From assembly GCA_031412295.1 (NCBI GenBank), contig JANOCU010000032.1:66956-130955 (forward strand): a stretch of DNA of 64,000 bases, given 5' to 3'. The stretch comes from Bacteroidota bacterium (GTDB lineage Bacteria; Bacteroidota; Bacteroidia; Palsa-965). A model generated the notes under the pieces. The model saw nothing but the letters and a program-made list of their open reading frames with translations. It was not told the DNA's origin and did no database searches. The position numbers were made by a program, and so were the translations under genes. Positions 23,476 to 33,600 of this stretch are shown here, piece after piece. Each line of letters opens with the position of its first letter. Within the stretch, counting starts at the first letter, position 1.

Positions 23476-24129
23476 ATGAACAATCAATTCCCGCGCGCTG
23501 CGAAATCCAATTCTGCTTTCAAAATAGTGATGATCTTTTGCCTGGTTTTGTTGGGTATCTGGATCATGGGAATGTTGGGCATTTATTTTTTATGCAATAA
23601 GATGATGAAAAGTTCAGAAGCTTACGAGCGAACCTTTACAGATTTTACGGGTGTATTTGAAGGAGATGATTCCGTTGTAGCTCCTTTATCAGGTGAAAAA
23701 ACCTTATTCGCTTTTTTTAATGTCAGGCGTACTCATTCAAAGATCGGCCCCGGACGTGATGACCCATCTGATGATTTCGAGTTTCTATATTTTAAACCAG
23801 GGACATTTTTTAATGTCAATGGCAAAAAGTACCACCTTTCAGGAACGCAGGTCCACAGATTTCATGGTAAAAAGAAGTACACTTCTTCCACTGAATTAAG
23901 TATTGTCGCCGTAAATTCAAGAGGAAAACATCATGATGAAATTCCTCCGGCGATCAATGGCCTTGATGTAAAGCTGGATAAATATCTTCGCGAGATAAAG
24001 GATTATTCATTCCAAGGTAATGGATGCGTTTTGTCTTTGAGAGAGTGGATTTATTCAGGAAAAGATACTGTTCAAATCCGCGTTCATGTACGAAATGATA
24101 CGATCTTCCTGAGAGAAAGCATGCGCTAA
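23476..24129 (+). CDS. Hypothetical membrane-anchored protein
   Basis: 217 aa. It has an N-terminal transmembrane helix, IVMIFCLVLLGIWIMGMLGIYFL, followed by a soluble domain of unknown function. Confidence 0.5.
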   Translation: MNNQFPRAAKSNSAFKIVMIFCLVLLGIWIMGMLGIYFLCNKMMKSSEAYERTFTDFTGVFEGDDSVVAPLSGEKTLFAFFNVRRTHSKIGPGRDDPSDDFEFLYFKPGTFFNVNGKKYHLSGTQVHRFHGKKKYTSSTELSIVAVNSRGKHHDEIPPAINGLDVKLDKYLREIKDYSFQGNGCVLSLREWIYSGKDTVQIRVHVRNDTIFLRESMR

Positions 24130-24239
24130 ATATTTACCAAAGCGTTTCTGAAATAACAAAGTCCTGTCACCTGATTTTTTCGTAAATTTCACCTACCAAC
24201 CGGCCTGATGAAAAGTATAAGATCAGGCATCTCCCCAGG

Positions 24240-26534
24240 ATGAAAGCAGCTACTTCTATCTCGAAGCAACTTTACTTTTTTATTCTTTTGCTTTTACCGG
24301 CAATAAATTCATTTGCACAGAATGCCGCAGCCGATACGCTTCGTCAGCAATTAGCTGCACTCAAACCAAATTCTCCAACGTACCTCGAAGATAAGATCGG
24401 CGGACTGGGAACACTTTTTCTTTCTATCGTTCACACTCATCCTGCGGAAGCGCTTAAAATTTCAGATCAGCTTGCGGCATGTTTGAAGCAGAAAGGTGAT
24501 TCTGTTGCGTATTACGAAGCGCTTTATCGTCACAAATCAATTGCCTATAAAGAAATGGGCGATTACACGAATAATATTATTTACCTCGAAGCTTATGCAG
24601 CAGCATTAAACCGGATTGGTAAAAGTGATGGGTATGCATATGTGGATATTGGAAATGCATATTATAGCCAAGGACTGCGTGTGCTCGCGAGAGATTGTTA
24701 CAGGCAGGCTGATGAAATTTTCGAGAAAGAAAATAATGTTCCCGGGCAATGTACGGTGCATAATAATTACGCGCAGATCTATATGATGCAGGCGCAATAC
24801 GATTCTGCATTATACGAATTGCATCTCACACATTCGCTTCGTTTGAATAAGCTGAAAGATGTTGCGATAGCAGGCGATTCAAAATTCCTGATCGGCATTT
24901 GTTATTTCAACCTGGCAAAGTATGATTCAGCTAAGTATTATTTTCGTCAGGTGCTTAATCTCATTGGAAGCGCAGCATTGCAAAATCACACCGATCATGT
25001 TGCGTTACAGGAAGAATACGCAGGCGCTTACAATCGGCTTGCAATGGTTTTTGTCAATGAAAAAAACTGGGACAGCGCTTCGTATTACCTCGATAAAGGA
25101 TTTGATTTTTATAGCGGCGCCGGTTATACACGCAAGATCAACAGCACGTATGCAACATGGGCAGAGCTGTATCTTAAAAAAGGAATGCCCGACAGCGCGC
25201 TGGCTAACATCATGCGTTTTGAAAAAAGAATAGCAGGAACCGGCAATCTTGAAGCGCAAATAAGATTGTATAAGCTCTACGCTGATTATTATAACGCAAA
25301 GGATGATAAAGAAGGCTATTACAAATTCATGATGCAGTATTATATGCTGGAGGATTCGCTGAAAGGTGAATCCATTAATGAAGGATCGCTGCTTGCATCG
25401 GGAACGATGATGGAATTAAAAAACAAATCACGTATCGAAGAGCAGAACATTGCGCTTGCACAGCAGGAAAAAGAAAAAGTAATGCTCTATGCAATTTCCG
25501 GGTTGTTACTTTTTATTATTTCCACCGGTATTTTCTTTTTCTTCCAGATCCGTAAAAAGAATAAGCTTATTCAACATTATAATATTGAGCTGGAAGAAGC
25601 GAATGCCACCAAAGAAAAATTTCTTTCTGTTATCAGCCATGATCTGCGTGGACCTTTTAATACGCTCATCGGCATGTCGAATGTGATGATGAATAATGTG
25701 AAAGCGCATAAGCTGGAGAATCTTTCTTCCAATGCCGAAGCGATCAATGTTTCTTCACGGAAAGCATATGTGCTGCTGGATAATTTAATGCAATGGGTGA
25801 GCTTGCAGAAAGAAAAAATTGTTGTGAACAAGGAAGAGCTTCAGGTGAATGAAATAGTGGAAGATGTGCTGGTGCTCTTCAGGAACCAGGCGTTGGCACA
25901 AAGCATAACAGTTAATAAAGATCTGAATGCGTCTGTAATTTTCGCTGATAAAAATCTGCTACAGGTTGTCTTGCGCAATTTATTATCAAATGCAATCCGG
26001 CATATTCCTGCAGGAGGAACGGTCAAGCTTTGTATCGAAGCAAATGGCAAAGACATGCTGATCATTGTGGAGGATAATGGTAACGGCATTGAAAAAGAAA
26101 CATTAGAATCACTGTTCATTAAAAAAGAGCATACCAGCATCGCACGAAAAGGAGGCGGGCTCGGATTACTTTTAGTGCAGGAGTTTGTAGAGCAAATGAA
26201 TGGCACCATCAAAGCAGAAAACATTCCTGCAGGTGGCGCAAAGTTTACAATTGTATTGCATAATGCAACTGTGTCGGGCGCCAATCATTCTGTGGGACAA
26301 ACTACTTCGTTGACAGAAGCACAATTTACTGACGACGAAAAGAAAAAAATGAATGCGCTGATACGCAAAATGGAGAAGTATGAAATTTTTGATACCACCG
26401 AATTGCGTGAATGTTTTGATGCATTTGATGCAGTCGATTCGGTGGCAATGAAAGAATGGATAAAAAATTTATCGCTCGCTGTTTATCATGCGAACAATGA
26501 GCAATTCAAAAAACTCATCAGCCTGGCTAATTAG
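24240..26534 (+). CDS. Sensor histidine kinase with a signal peptide, extracytoplasmic TPR domain, transmembrane helix, HisKA and HATPase_c
   Basis: The signal peptide is MKAATSISKQLYFFILLLLPAINSFAQ. The TPR region spans about 350 aa. The transmembrane helix is VMLYAISGLLLFIISTGIFFFFQI. The H-box is FLSVISHDLRGPFNTLIG. The N and G boxes are LLSNAIRH, EDNGNGIEKE and GGGLGLLLV. Confidence 0.85.
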   Translation: MKAATSISKQLYFFILLLLPAINSFAQNAAADTLRQQLAALKPNSPTYLEDKIGGLGTLFLSIVHTHPAEALKISDQLAACLKQKGDSVAYYEALYRHKSIAYKEMGDYTNNIIYLEAYAAALNRIGKSDGYAYVDIGNAYYSQGLRVLARDCYRQADEIFEKENNVPGQCTVHNNYAQIYMMQAQYDSALYELHLTHSLRLNKLKDVAIAGDSKFLIGICYFNLAKYDSAKYYFRQVLNLIGSAALQNHTDHVALQEEYAGAYNRLAMVFVNEKNWDSASYYLDKGFDFYSGAGYTRKINSTYATWAELYLKKGMPDSALANIMRFEKRIAGTGNLEAQIRLYKLYADYYNAKDDKEGYYKFMMQYYMLEDSLKGESINEGSLLASGTMMELKNKSRIEEQNIALAQQEKEKVMLYAISGLLLFIISTGIFFFFQIRKKNKLIQHYNIELEEANATKEKFLSVISHDLRGPFNTLIGMSNVMMNNVKAHKLENLSSNAEAINVSSRKAYVLLDNLMQWVSLQKEKIVVNKEELQVNEIVEDVLVLFRNQALAQSITVNKDLNASVIFADKNLLQVVLRNLLSNAIRHIPAGGTVKLCIEANGKDMLIIVEDNGNGIEKETLESLFIKKEHTSIARKGGGLGLLLVQEFVEQMNGTIKAENIPAGGAKFTIVLHNATVSGANHSVGQTTSLTEAQFTDDEKKKMNALIRKMEKYEIFDTTELRECFDAFDAVDSVAMKEWIKNLSLAVYHANNEQFKKLISLAN

Positions 26535-26538
26535 CGAT

Positions 26539-27405
26539 ATGAAAATATTCGAGCATAAAACAATTCTTGTAGCAGATGATGATCCGGGCAACCGTGAGCT
26601 TGTGGTAAGCACAATGCATAAGCTGGCAGAGGGAATTAAAGTGCTGTCGGCTTCGCATGGCGGACAGGTAATTGAAATTCTTAGCAAGCGGAATGTTGAT
26701 GCTGTGCTGCTCGATTGGGAAATGCCGGTGAAGGATGGTTATGCTGTGCTTTGTGAAATGAAAGCAAATCCAAGGTGGGCGGATATTCCTGTGCTTATGT
26801 ATACCGGTGTGATGACATCAAATGTGAATTTGGTAAAAGCGCTGGAGATTGGTGCGTCGGATTTTATCCGTAAGCCCACAGAACCGGTTGAGCTTACAGC
26901 GAGGATAAAATCTGCATTACAGCAGCGTGAAAATTTTAAAGCGTTGATTCGATTGGAGAAAGAAAGTGCGGAAATGCATGCGCTTGTTTTTGAAACCGAG
27001 ATCAGATCGCTTAAAGAGCAGCTCAATAATTACCTCATCCAGCTCGCGCGAAAAAATGAAGTGCTGATAAATGTGCGTGAACGTTTGATTAATGGAGAAG
27101 ACTCAATGGAGGCTGCCAGGTATATTGACAGTCTCGTGAACATGGAAAATTATTGGGATGAGCTGTTTCAGCAATTCAGCCGCCTCGATAAAAATTTCCT
27201 CACCACATTAAACGGTAAGCATGAAGACCTTTCGCCAAACGAATTAAAGTTTTGTGTGCTGCTTAAAGCCGGCATGGGATCAAAAGATATTGCGAGTCTT
27301 ATGAATGTATCCATCGCTGCAATTGAAAAGAACCGTTACCGCATTCGCAAAAAATTAGTGCTGAACCCGGAAGATTCCCTCGAAAAATATATTCTCTCTT
27401 TTTGA
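26539..27405 (+). CDS. Response regulator with a REC domain and a C-terminal LuxR-type HTH
   Basis: The REC domain reads KTILVADDDPGNREL...DAVLLDWEMPVKDGYAV...VLMYTG. The C-terminal HTH reads LSPNELKFCVLLKAGMGSKDIASLMNVSIAAIEKNRYRIRKKL. The ATG at 26539 sits immediately after the kinase stop codon TAG at 26532..26534. Confidence 0.85.
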   Translation: MKIFEHKTILVADDDPGNRELVVSTMHKLAEGIKVLSASHGGQVIEILSKRNVDAVLLDWEMPVKDGYAVLCEMKANPRWADIPVLMYTGVMTSNVNLVKALEIGASDFIRKPTEPVELTARIKSALQQRENFKALIRLEKESAEMHALVFETEIRSLKEQLNNYLIQLARKNEVLINVRERLINGEDSMEAARYIDSLVNMENYWDELFQQFSRLDKNFLTTLNGKHEDLSPNELKFCVLLKAGMGSKDIASLMNVSIAAIEKNRYRIRKKLVLNPEDSLEKYILSF

Positions 27406-27614
27406 TGCTGTTGTTTTAAGTAATATTTATTTGCGGAGATTTTATCCTTTCCTCCATCCGTTGATTTAATAATTTCTTTATATGCCTTCCGCTTTGTCCG
27501 GCTTTTGTCCGGCCGGCAGAATAGGCTGGTCCTCCCTTTTGAAATACTTTTGTGCTGATTTTACGAATTTCCCCGGCACCCCATTTTTACCTATTTCCTA
27601 TGTCAAGTGTTTCT

Positions 27615-30600
27615 ATGAAAAATAGACTGTTCACCATTGTGCTTGTTTTATTCAGCACAGCAGTATTCGCCCAGGTTATTACCCCTTTTTCCATTCGCTA
27701 TCAAACAACACAAAAAGGAGGCATTCGTTATCTTTCAAATACATCGGTAACATGCTCCGGTGTGGGGTGCGGAGCTGGTCGCTCAGAAGTTCCGCCCGCT
27801 GGTACTTCTACAGATAACGGGTTTACAGCGGCTTATGTTGATATCGACGCTGACGGAACAACATTCTCCTCTTCATCGGATAGTTTGGCGCTTCCGACTT
27901 GTAGTGAAATTTCATGGGCGGGGCTTTATTGGGGCGGTGAAATGACGAATGCCGGTGCAAACTATGCAACACGTAACCAGGTAAAGCTAAAAACAAATAA
28001 TGGTTCATACGTCAATCTTACTGCTGACGCTTTGCAGGATAATGCAGTTGGCTTCAGTACTTATCATTGCTACAAAGACATTACGGCTATCATGCAGGCA
28101 GGTGGCACCAATGCGCGTTATACCATTGCAAACGTTGCAGCACGCATAGGAGGAACAAATCGTTTTGGCGGATGGAGTATCGTGATCGTTTATAAAAATG
28201 ATTTGCAGCCAATGCGTAACCTGACGGTCTTTAACGGTTTGTCAAATGTGTCCGGTGCAAATCCTATTTCTGATATTACTGTAAGTGGATTTCTTACGCC
28301 ACTTTCCGGACCTGTTACGTTTGAAGTGGGTAATATTACCTATGACGGCGATCGCAGCTCCACCGGGGATCAATTGATGTTCAACGGAGGTAGTGGATTT
28401 GTAAATATCCTGGATGCCGTTAATCCAACGAATGATATTTTCAACAGCACCTATTCTTACAATGGTGTTCAGAAAGTTACGCCATTCATTAATCCGGGCT
28501 ATACCAATAGTCTTGGGTATGATGCTGATATTTTCCTTCCGAATAATGCAGCGAAAAATTTCATTGGAAACAGCGCAACCTCTGCAACACTACGACTAAC
28601 CACGGGAGGAGAAACCTTTCTCACCCAGGTTGTAACAATGGCCATTGACGTGTACGAGCCTGATCTTCGAGCCGCATGTCGTGTTGTCGATCTTAATGGC
28701 GGCTCTGTGCTTCCCGGCGACATTCTCGAATACACAATCGTCGGAAAAAACATTGGTTCGGATCCTTCTGTCAATACGTATATCACTGATACGCTCGAGT
28801 ATAACTCTGTATATATTCCGGGATCATTAAGTATTCTTTCCGGACCAAATGCTGGTCTTAAAACAGATGCAGCAGGTGATGATCAGGCAGAATACATTAC
28901 AGCCAGCCGTACAGTAAAAGTGCGCATAGGAACCGGTGCGAATGCAGTATCAGGAGGGCAGGTAAATAATTCCCCGCTTGGTATCGACAGCACACAAATC
29001 AGGTTTCGTACAATGGCAACGACAGATTGTATTGTATTACAATGTGATAATATTATTAATAACCGCGCTTACATTTTCGGGACAGGAAACGTTTCCGGAA
29101 ATAATTTTAACAACGGAAGTAATCCGAATATTTTTGACGGAAACGGATGCCCTGTTCCCGGAACAACAAACACCCCGATCAGCGCGGCAAGCTGTACACC
29201 ACCTTCCTCTTCAAGCAATTCACCTGTCTGCACAGGCTCAACATTAAGTCTTACCACCAGCCCATCCTCATCTATCGCCACTTATTCGTGGACAGGCCCG
29301 GGCGGATTTGTATCAACCGCAGCAAATCCAAATCGCGCTAATGCTACTGCTGCTATGGCAGGAACATATACGTGTGTTATCACTATTCCTGGTTCGGCTT
29401 GCTCATTTACAGTCACCACAACAGTTGTCATTAATACAAGACCTGCAACACCGGCTCCATCCAGCAACACACCGGTTTGTTCAGGCAATACAATCAATCT
29501 TTCAACTGCTGCAGTTGCAGGTGCAACATATTCATGGACCGGGCCATCTGCATTTGCTTCAGCGCTGCAAAATCCAACGCGCCCGGCCGCAACAGTTGCA
29601 ATGAGCGGAACCTATAGCGTAACGGTCACGGCAAATGGTTGTACTTCTGCAGTCGGAACAACTGTCGTCATTGTCAATTCAACTCCGGCAACTCCGGCAC
29701 CATCAAGCAACACTCCTGCTTGTACAGGAAACACAATTAATCTTTCCACAGCAGCAGTTGCAGGAGCTACATATTCCTGGACAGGGCCAAATTCATTTGC
29801 TTCTGCAGTACAAAATCCATCCATTGTAAATGCAACACCAGCAATGGCCGGGACTTACAGTGTAACTGTTACAACAAATGGTTGCACATCAGCAGTTGGA
29901 ACAACAGCAGTGGTTGTCAATGCAACTCCTGCAACACCTGCACCTTCAAGCAACACTCCTGTTTGTACAGGCAACACAATTAATCTTTCGACTGTAGCAG
30001 TTGCAGGAGCTACCTATTCCTGGACAGGTCCGAACAGTTTTGCTTCAGCAGTACAAAATCCATCCATTGTAAATGCAACAGCAGCAATGGCCGGAACATA
30101 CAGTCTAACTGTTACAACAAATGGTTGTACATCTGCGGTCGGAACAACTGTGTTGGTAATTAATACAACACCTGCAACACCTGCCCCGTCAAGCAACACA
30201 CCTGTTTGTACAGGCAACACAATTAATCTTTCTACTGCAGCAGTAGCAGGTGCAACTTATTCCTGGACTGGACCAAACAGTTTTGCTTCTGCCGTTCAGA
30301 ATCCTGCTATTGTTAATGCTACAACAGCAATGGCTGGAACGTACAGTGTGGTAGTTACAGCAAATGGTTGCTCATCGGCAGTCGGAACTACAGCTGTGGT
30401 TGTTAACTCAACTCCTGCTGCACCGGCACCATCAAGCAATTCACCGGTTTGTACAGGAAATACAATTAATCTTTCCACTGCAGCAGTAGCTGGAGCAACG
30501 TATTCATGGACCGGACCAGCTGCTTTTGTTTCTGCAGTTCAAAATCCAACACGTGCAGGTGCAACCGCTGCAATGGCGGGAACATATAGTGTAACTATTA

Positions 30601-33600
30601 CAACAAATGGTTGTACATCCCCAGTCGGAACTGTTGCTGTTGTTATCAATGCAACACCGGCCGCACCAACTGCTTCAAGCAATTCACCGGTTTGTACAGG
30701 CAATACAATTAATCTTTCAACACCAGTTGTAGCAGGGGCAACCTATTCCTGGACCGGACCAAATTCATTTGCTTCAGCGGTACAAAATCCATCTATTGTA
30801 AATGCAACAGCAGCAATGGCCGGCACTTATAGTGTAACCGTTACTACCACAGGTTGTACTTCGGCAGTCGGAACAGTTGCGGTTGTTGTGAATGCAACTC
30901 CGGCTGCACCAGCGCCATCAAGCAACTCTCCTGTTTGCACCGGAAATACAATCAATCTTTCTACAACAGCAGTAGCAGGCGCAACGTATTCCTGGACCGG
31001 ACCAAATTCATTTGTTTCAGCAGTACAAAATCCATCCATTGTAAATGCAACAGCAGCAATGGCCGGAACATATAGCTTAACTATTACTACAACAGGTTGT
31101 ACTTCGGCAGTCGGAACAATTGCTGTAATTATCAATGCAACTCCTGCTGCACCAACTGCATCAAGCAACTCTCCTGTTTGTAGCGGAAATACAATTAACC
31201 TTTCTACACCTGCCGTTGCAGGCGCGACTTATTCATGGACAGGACCAGCTGCATTTGTTTCTGCAGTTCAGAATCCAACACGCGCAAGCGCAACAGTTGC
31301 AATGTCCGGAACATATAGTGTGACGATTACGACTAACGGATGTACTTCAGCAGTCGGCACAGTTGCAGTAATTGTAAATGCAACACCGTCAACACCTGCG
31401 CCGTCAAGCAATTCACCTGTTTGTATCGGTAACACAATTAACCTTTCTACTGCAGCAGTTGCAGGCGCTACGTATTCATGGACAGGCCCGAACAGTTTTG
31501 TTTCAGCAGTACAAAATCCTTCAATTGTCAACGCAACAGCTGCGATGGCCGGAACATATAGTGTTACGGTAACAACCAATGGCTGTATATCTGCTGTGGG
31601 AACAACAGTGGTAACGATCACTCCGCCGCCAACAACAGCTGCGGCAGGTTCTGATCAGACCATTTGTGTGAACAGCACAACGATGGCTGCAAATGCTCCA
31701 ACAACCGGAACCGGAACATGGACGCAGATCAGCGGACCTGTTACGACAACGATCACTACGCCGTCATCTCCTGTAACAACTATTACGGGAATAACTACAG
31801 CCGGTACATATGTGTTCCAATGGACAATTTCAAATTCACCTTGCACAGCTTCAAGCGATTTAGTTTCCGTTATACTGAACGGAACAACCGCTGCCGCGAA
31901 TGCAGGGACTAATCAGCTGTTGTGCGATGTTACAACTACGGTTATGGCGGCAAATGCTGCTGCGCCGGGTGTTGGTTCATGGACACAAGTAAGCGGTCCG
32001 AATACAGCAACGATCACTTCACCAGCTTCTGAAACCACAACAATGACCGGTCTTATTACTGGTATATATGTTTTCGAATGGACCATTACAAATGCTCCAT
32101 GTCCTGCAACAACGGATAATGTAACAGTTACGATTTCTGCACAACCAACAACATCGTTTGCCGGTCCGGACCAGGCTATATGCAGTTCAGTTGCTTCAAT
32201 GCTTGCAAATACGCCGTCAGTCGGAGCAGGAACCTGGTCGCAGGTAAGTGGTCCGAACACTGCAACAATCACCACTCCAACTTCACCAGCAAGCACAATG
32301 ACCGGTTTAATTGCCGGAACATATGTGTTTGAATGGTCGATTGCAAATGCGCCTTGCGTTCAGTCGGATGATGTAGTTAGTATTGTTGTGAGCGCGGTTC
32401 CTACCACAGCAAATGCAGGAACTGATCAGACAATTTGTTCTGCTTCTGGTGCTGCTACTATGTCAGGAAATATTCCTGCTACCGGAACAGGTGCATGGAC
32501 GCAGGTAAGCGGACCAGTGAGTGCAACAATTACTTCTCCTTCTTCCGAAGCGACAACAATCACAGGTATGACAACTGCCGGCACCTATGTTTTCGAATGG
32601 AGCATCAGTAACGGTTCTTGTGCAGCTTCAAACGATTCAGTTAGTGTTATTGTAAATAATCCTCCGACAGTCGCCGCAGCTGGAAATAATCAATCGTTGT
32701 GTAATGTTACAACTGCTCTGATGAACGGAAATACTGCTGTGAACGGAACCGGTAACTGGACACAAATAAGCGGTCCGAATACAGCAACCATCACAACTCC
32801 TTCTTCTGAAGGAACAACAATGACAGGACTCATTGCAGGCACTTATGTATTTGAATGGACAATTTCCAATTCACCTTGTGCTGCTACAACTTCACAAGTA
32901 CAAGTTGACATTTTCGATTTGCCGACAACTTCAAATGCAGGCCCTGATACATCAATTTGCGCAGCAGCCGCTTCTACAACGATGAACGCGAATGCTGCAA
33001 CAACAGGAACAGGAAACTGGTCACAGGTGAGCGGTCCTTCAACAGCAGCGATTACAAATCCTGCTTCCCCGGTTACAACAGTTACCGGAATGGTTGCCGC
33101 AGGAACATATGTTTTCCAATGGGAAATCAGCAATGGTGTTTGTGCAGTGAGCGCTGATAGCATGCAGGTTATTGTAGCTGATCCGCCGACAACTTCCAGC
33201 GCAGGTGCTGATCAAACATTGTGTAACAGCGCAGCCGCTACAATGGGTGCAAATACTGCCGGAACAGGAACAGGTGCATGGACACAAATCAGCGGACCAA
33301 ACACCGCAACAATTACTTCACCGGCTTTCGAATCTACATCGGTGACAGGACTTATTGCAGGAACATATTTATTTGAATGGACAATTACCAGCGGCGCTTG
33401 CACACCAAGTTCCGACACAATACAAATTACAATTGATGATCTGCCAACAGCTTCGAACGCAGGTGCTGATCAGCAAATTTGTAATGCAACTGCAATAACG
33501 ATGGCTGCTAATATTCCATCAACAGGAACAGGAATGTGGTCGCAGTTGAGTGGTCCGAATACAGCGATAATTTCTTCACCATCTTCTGAAGCTACAACGA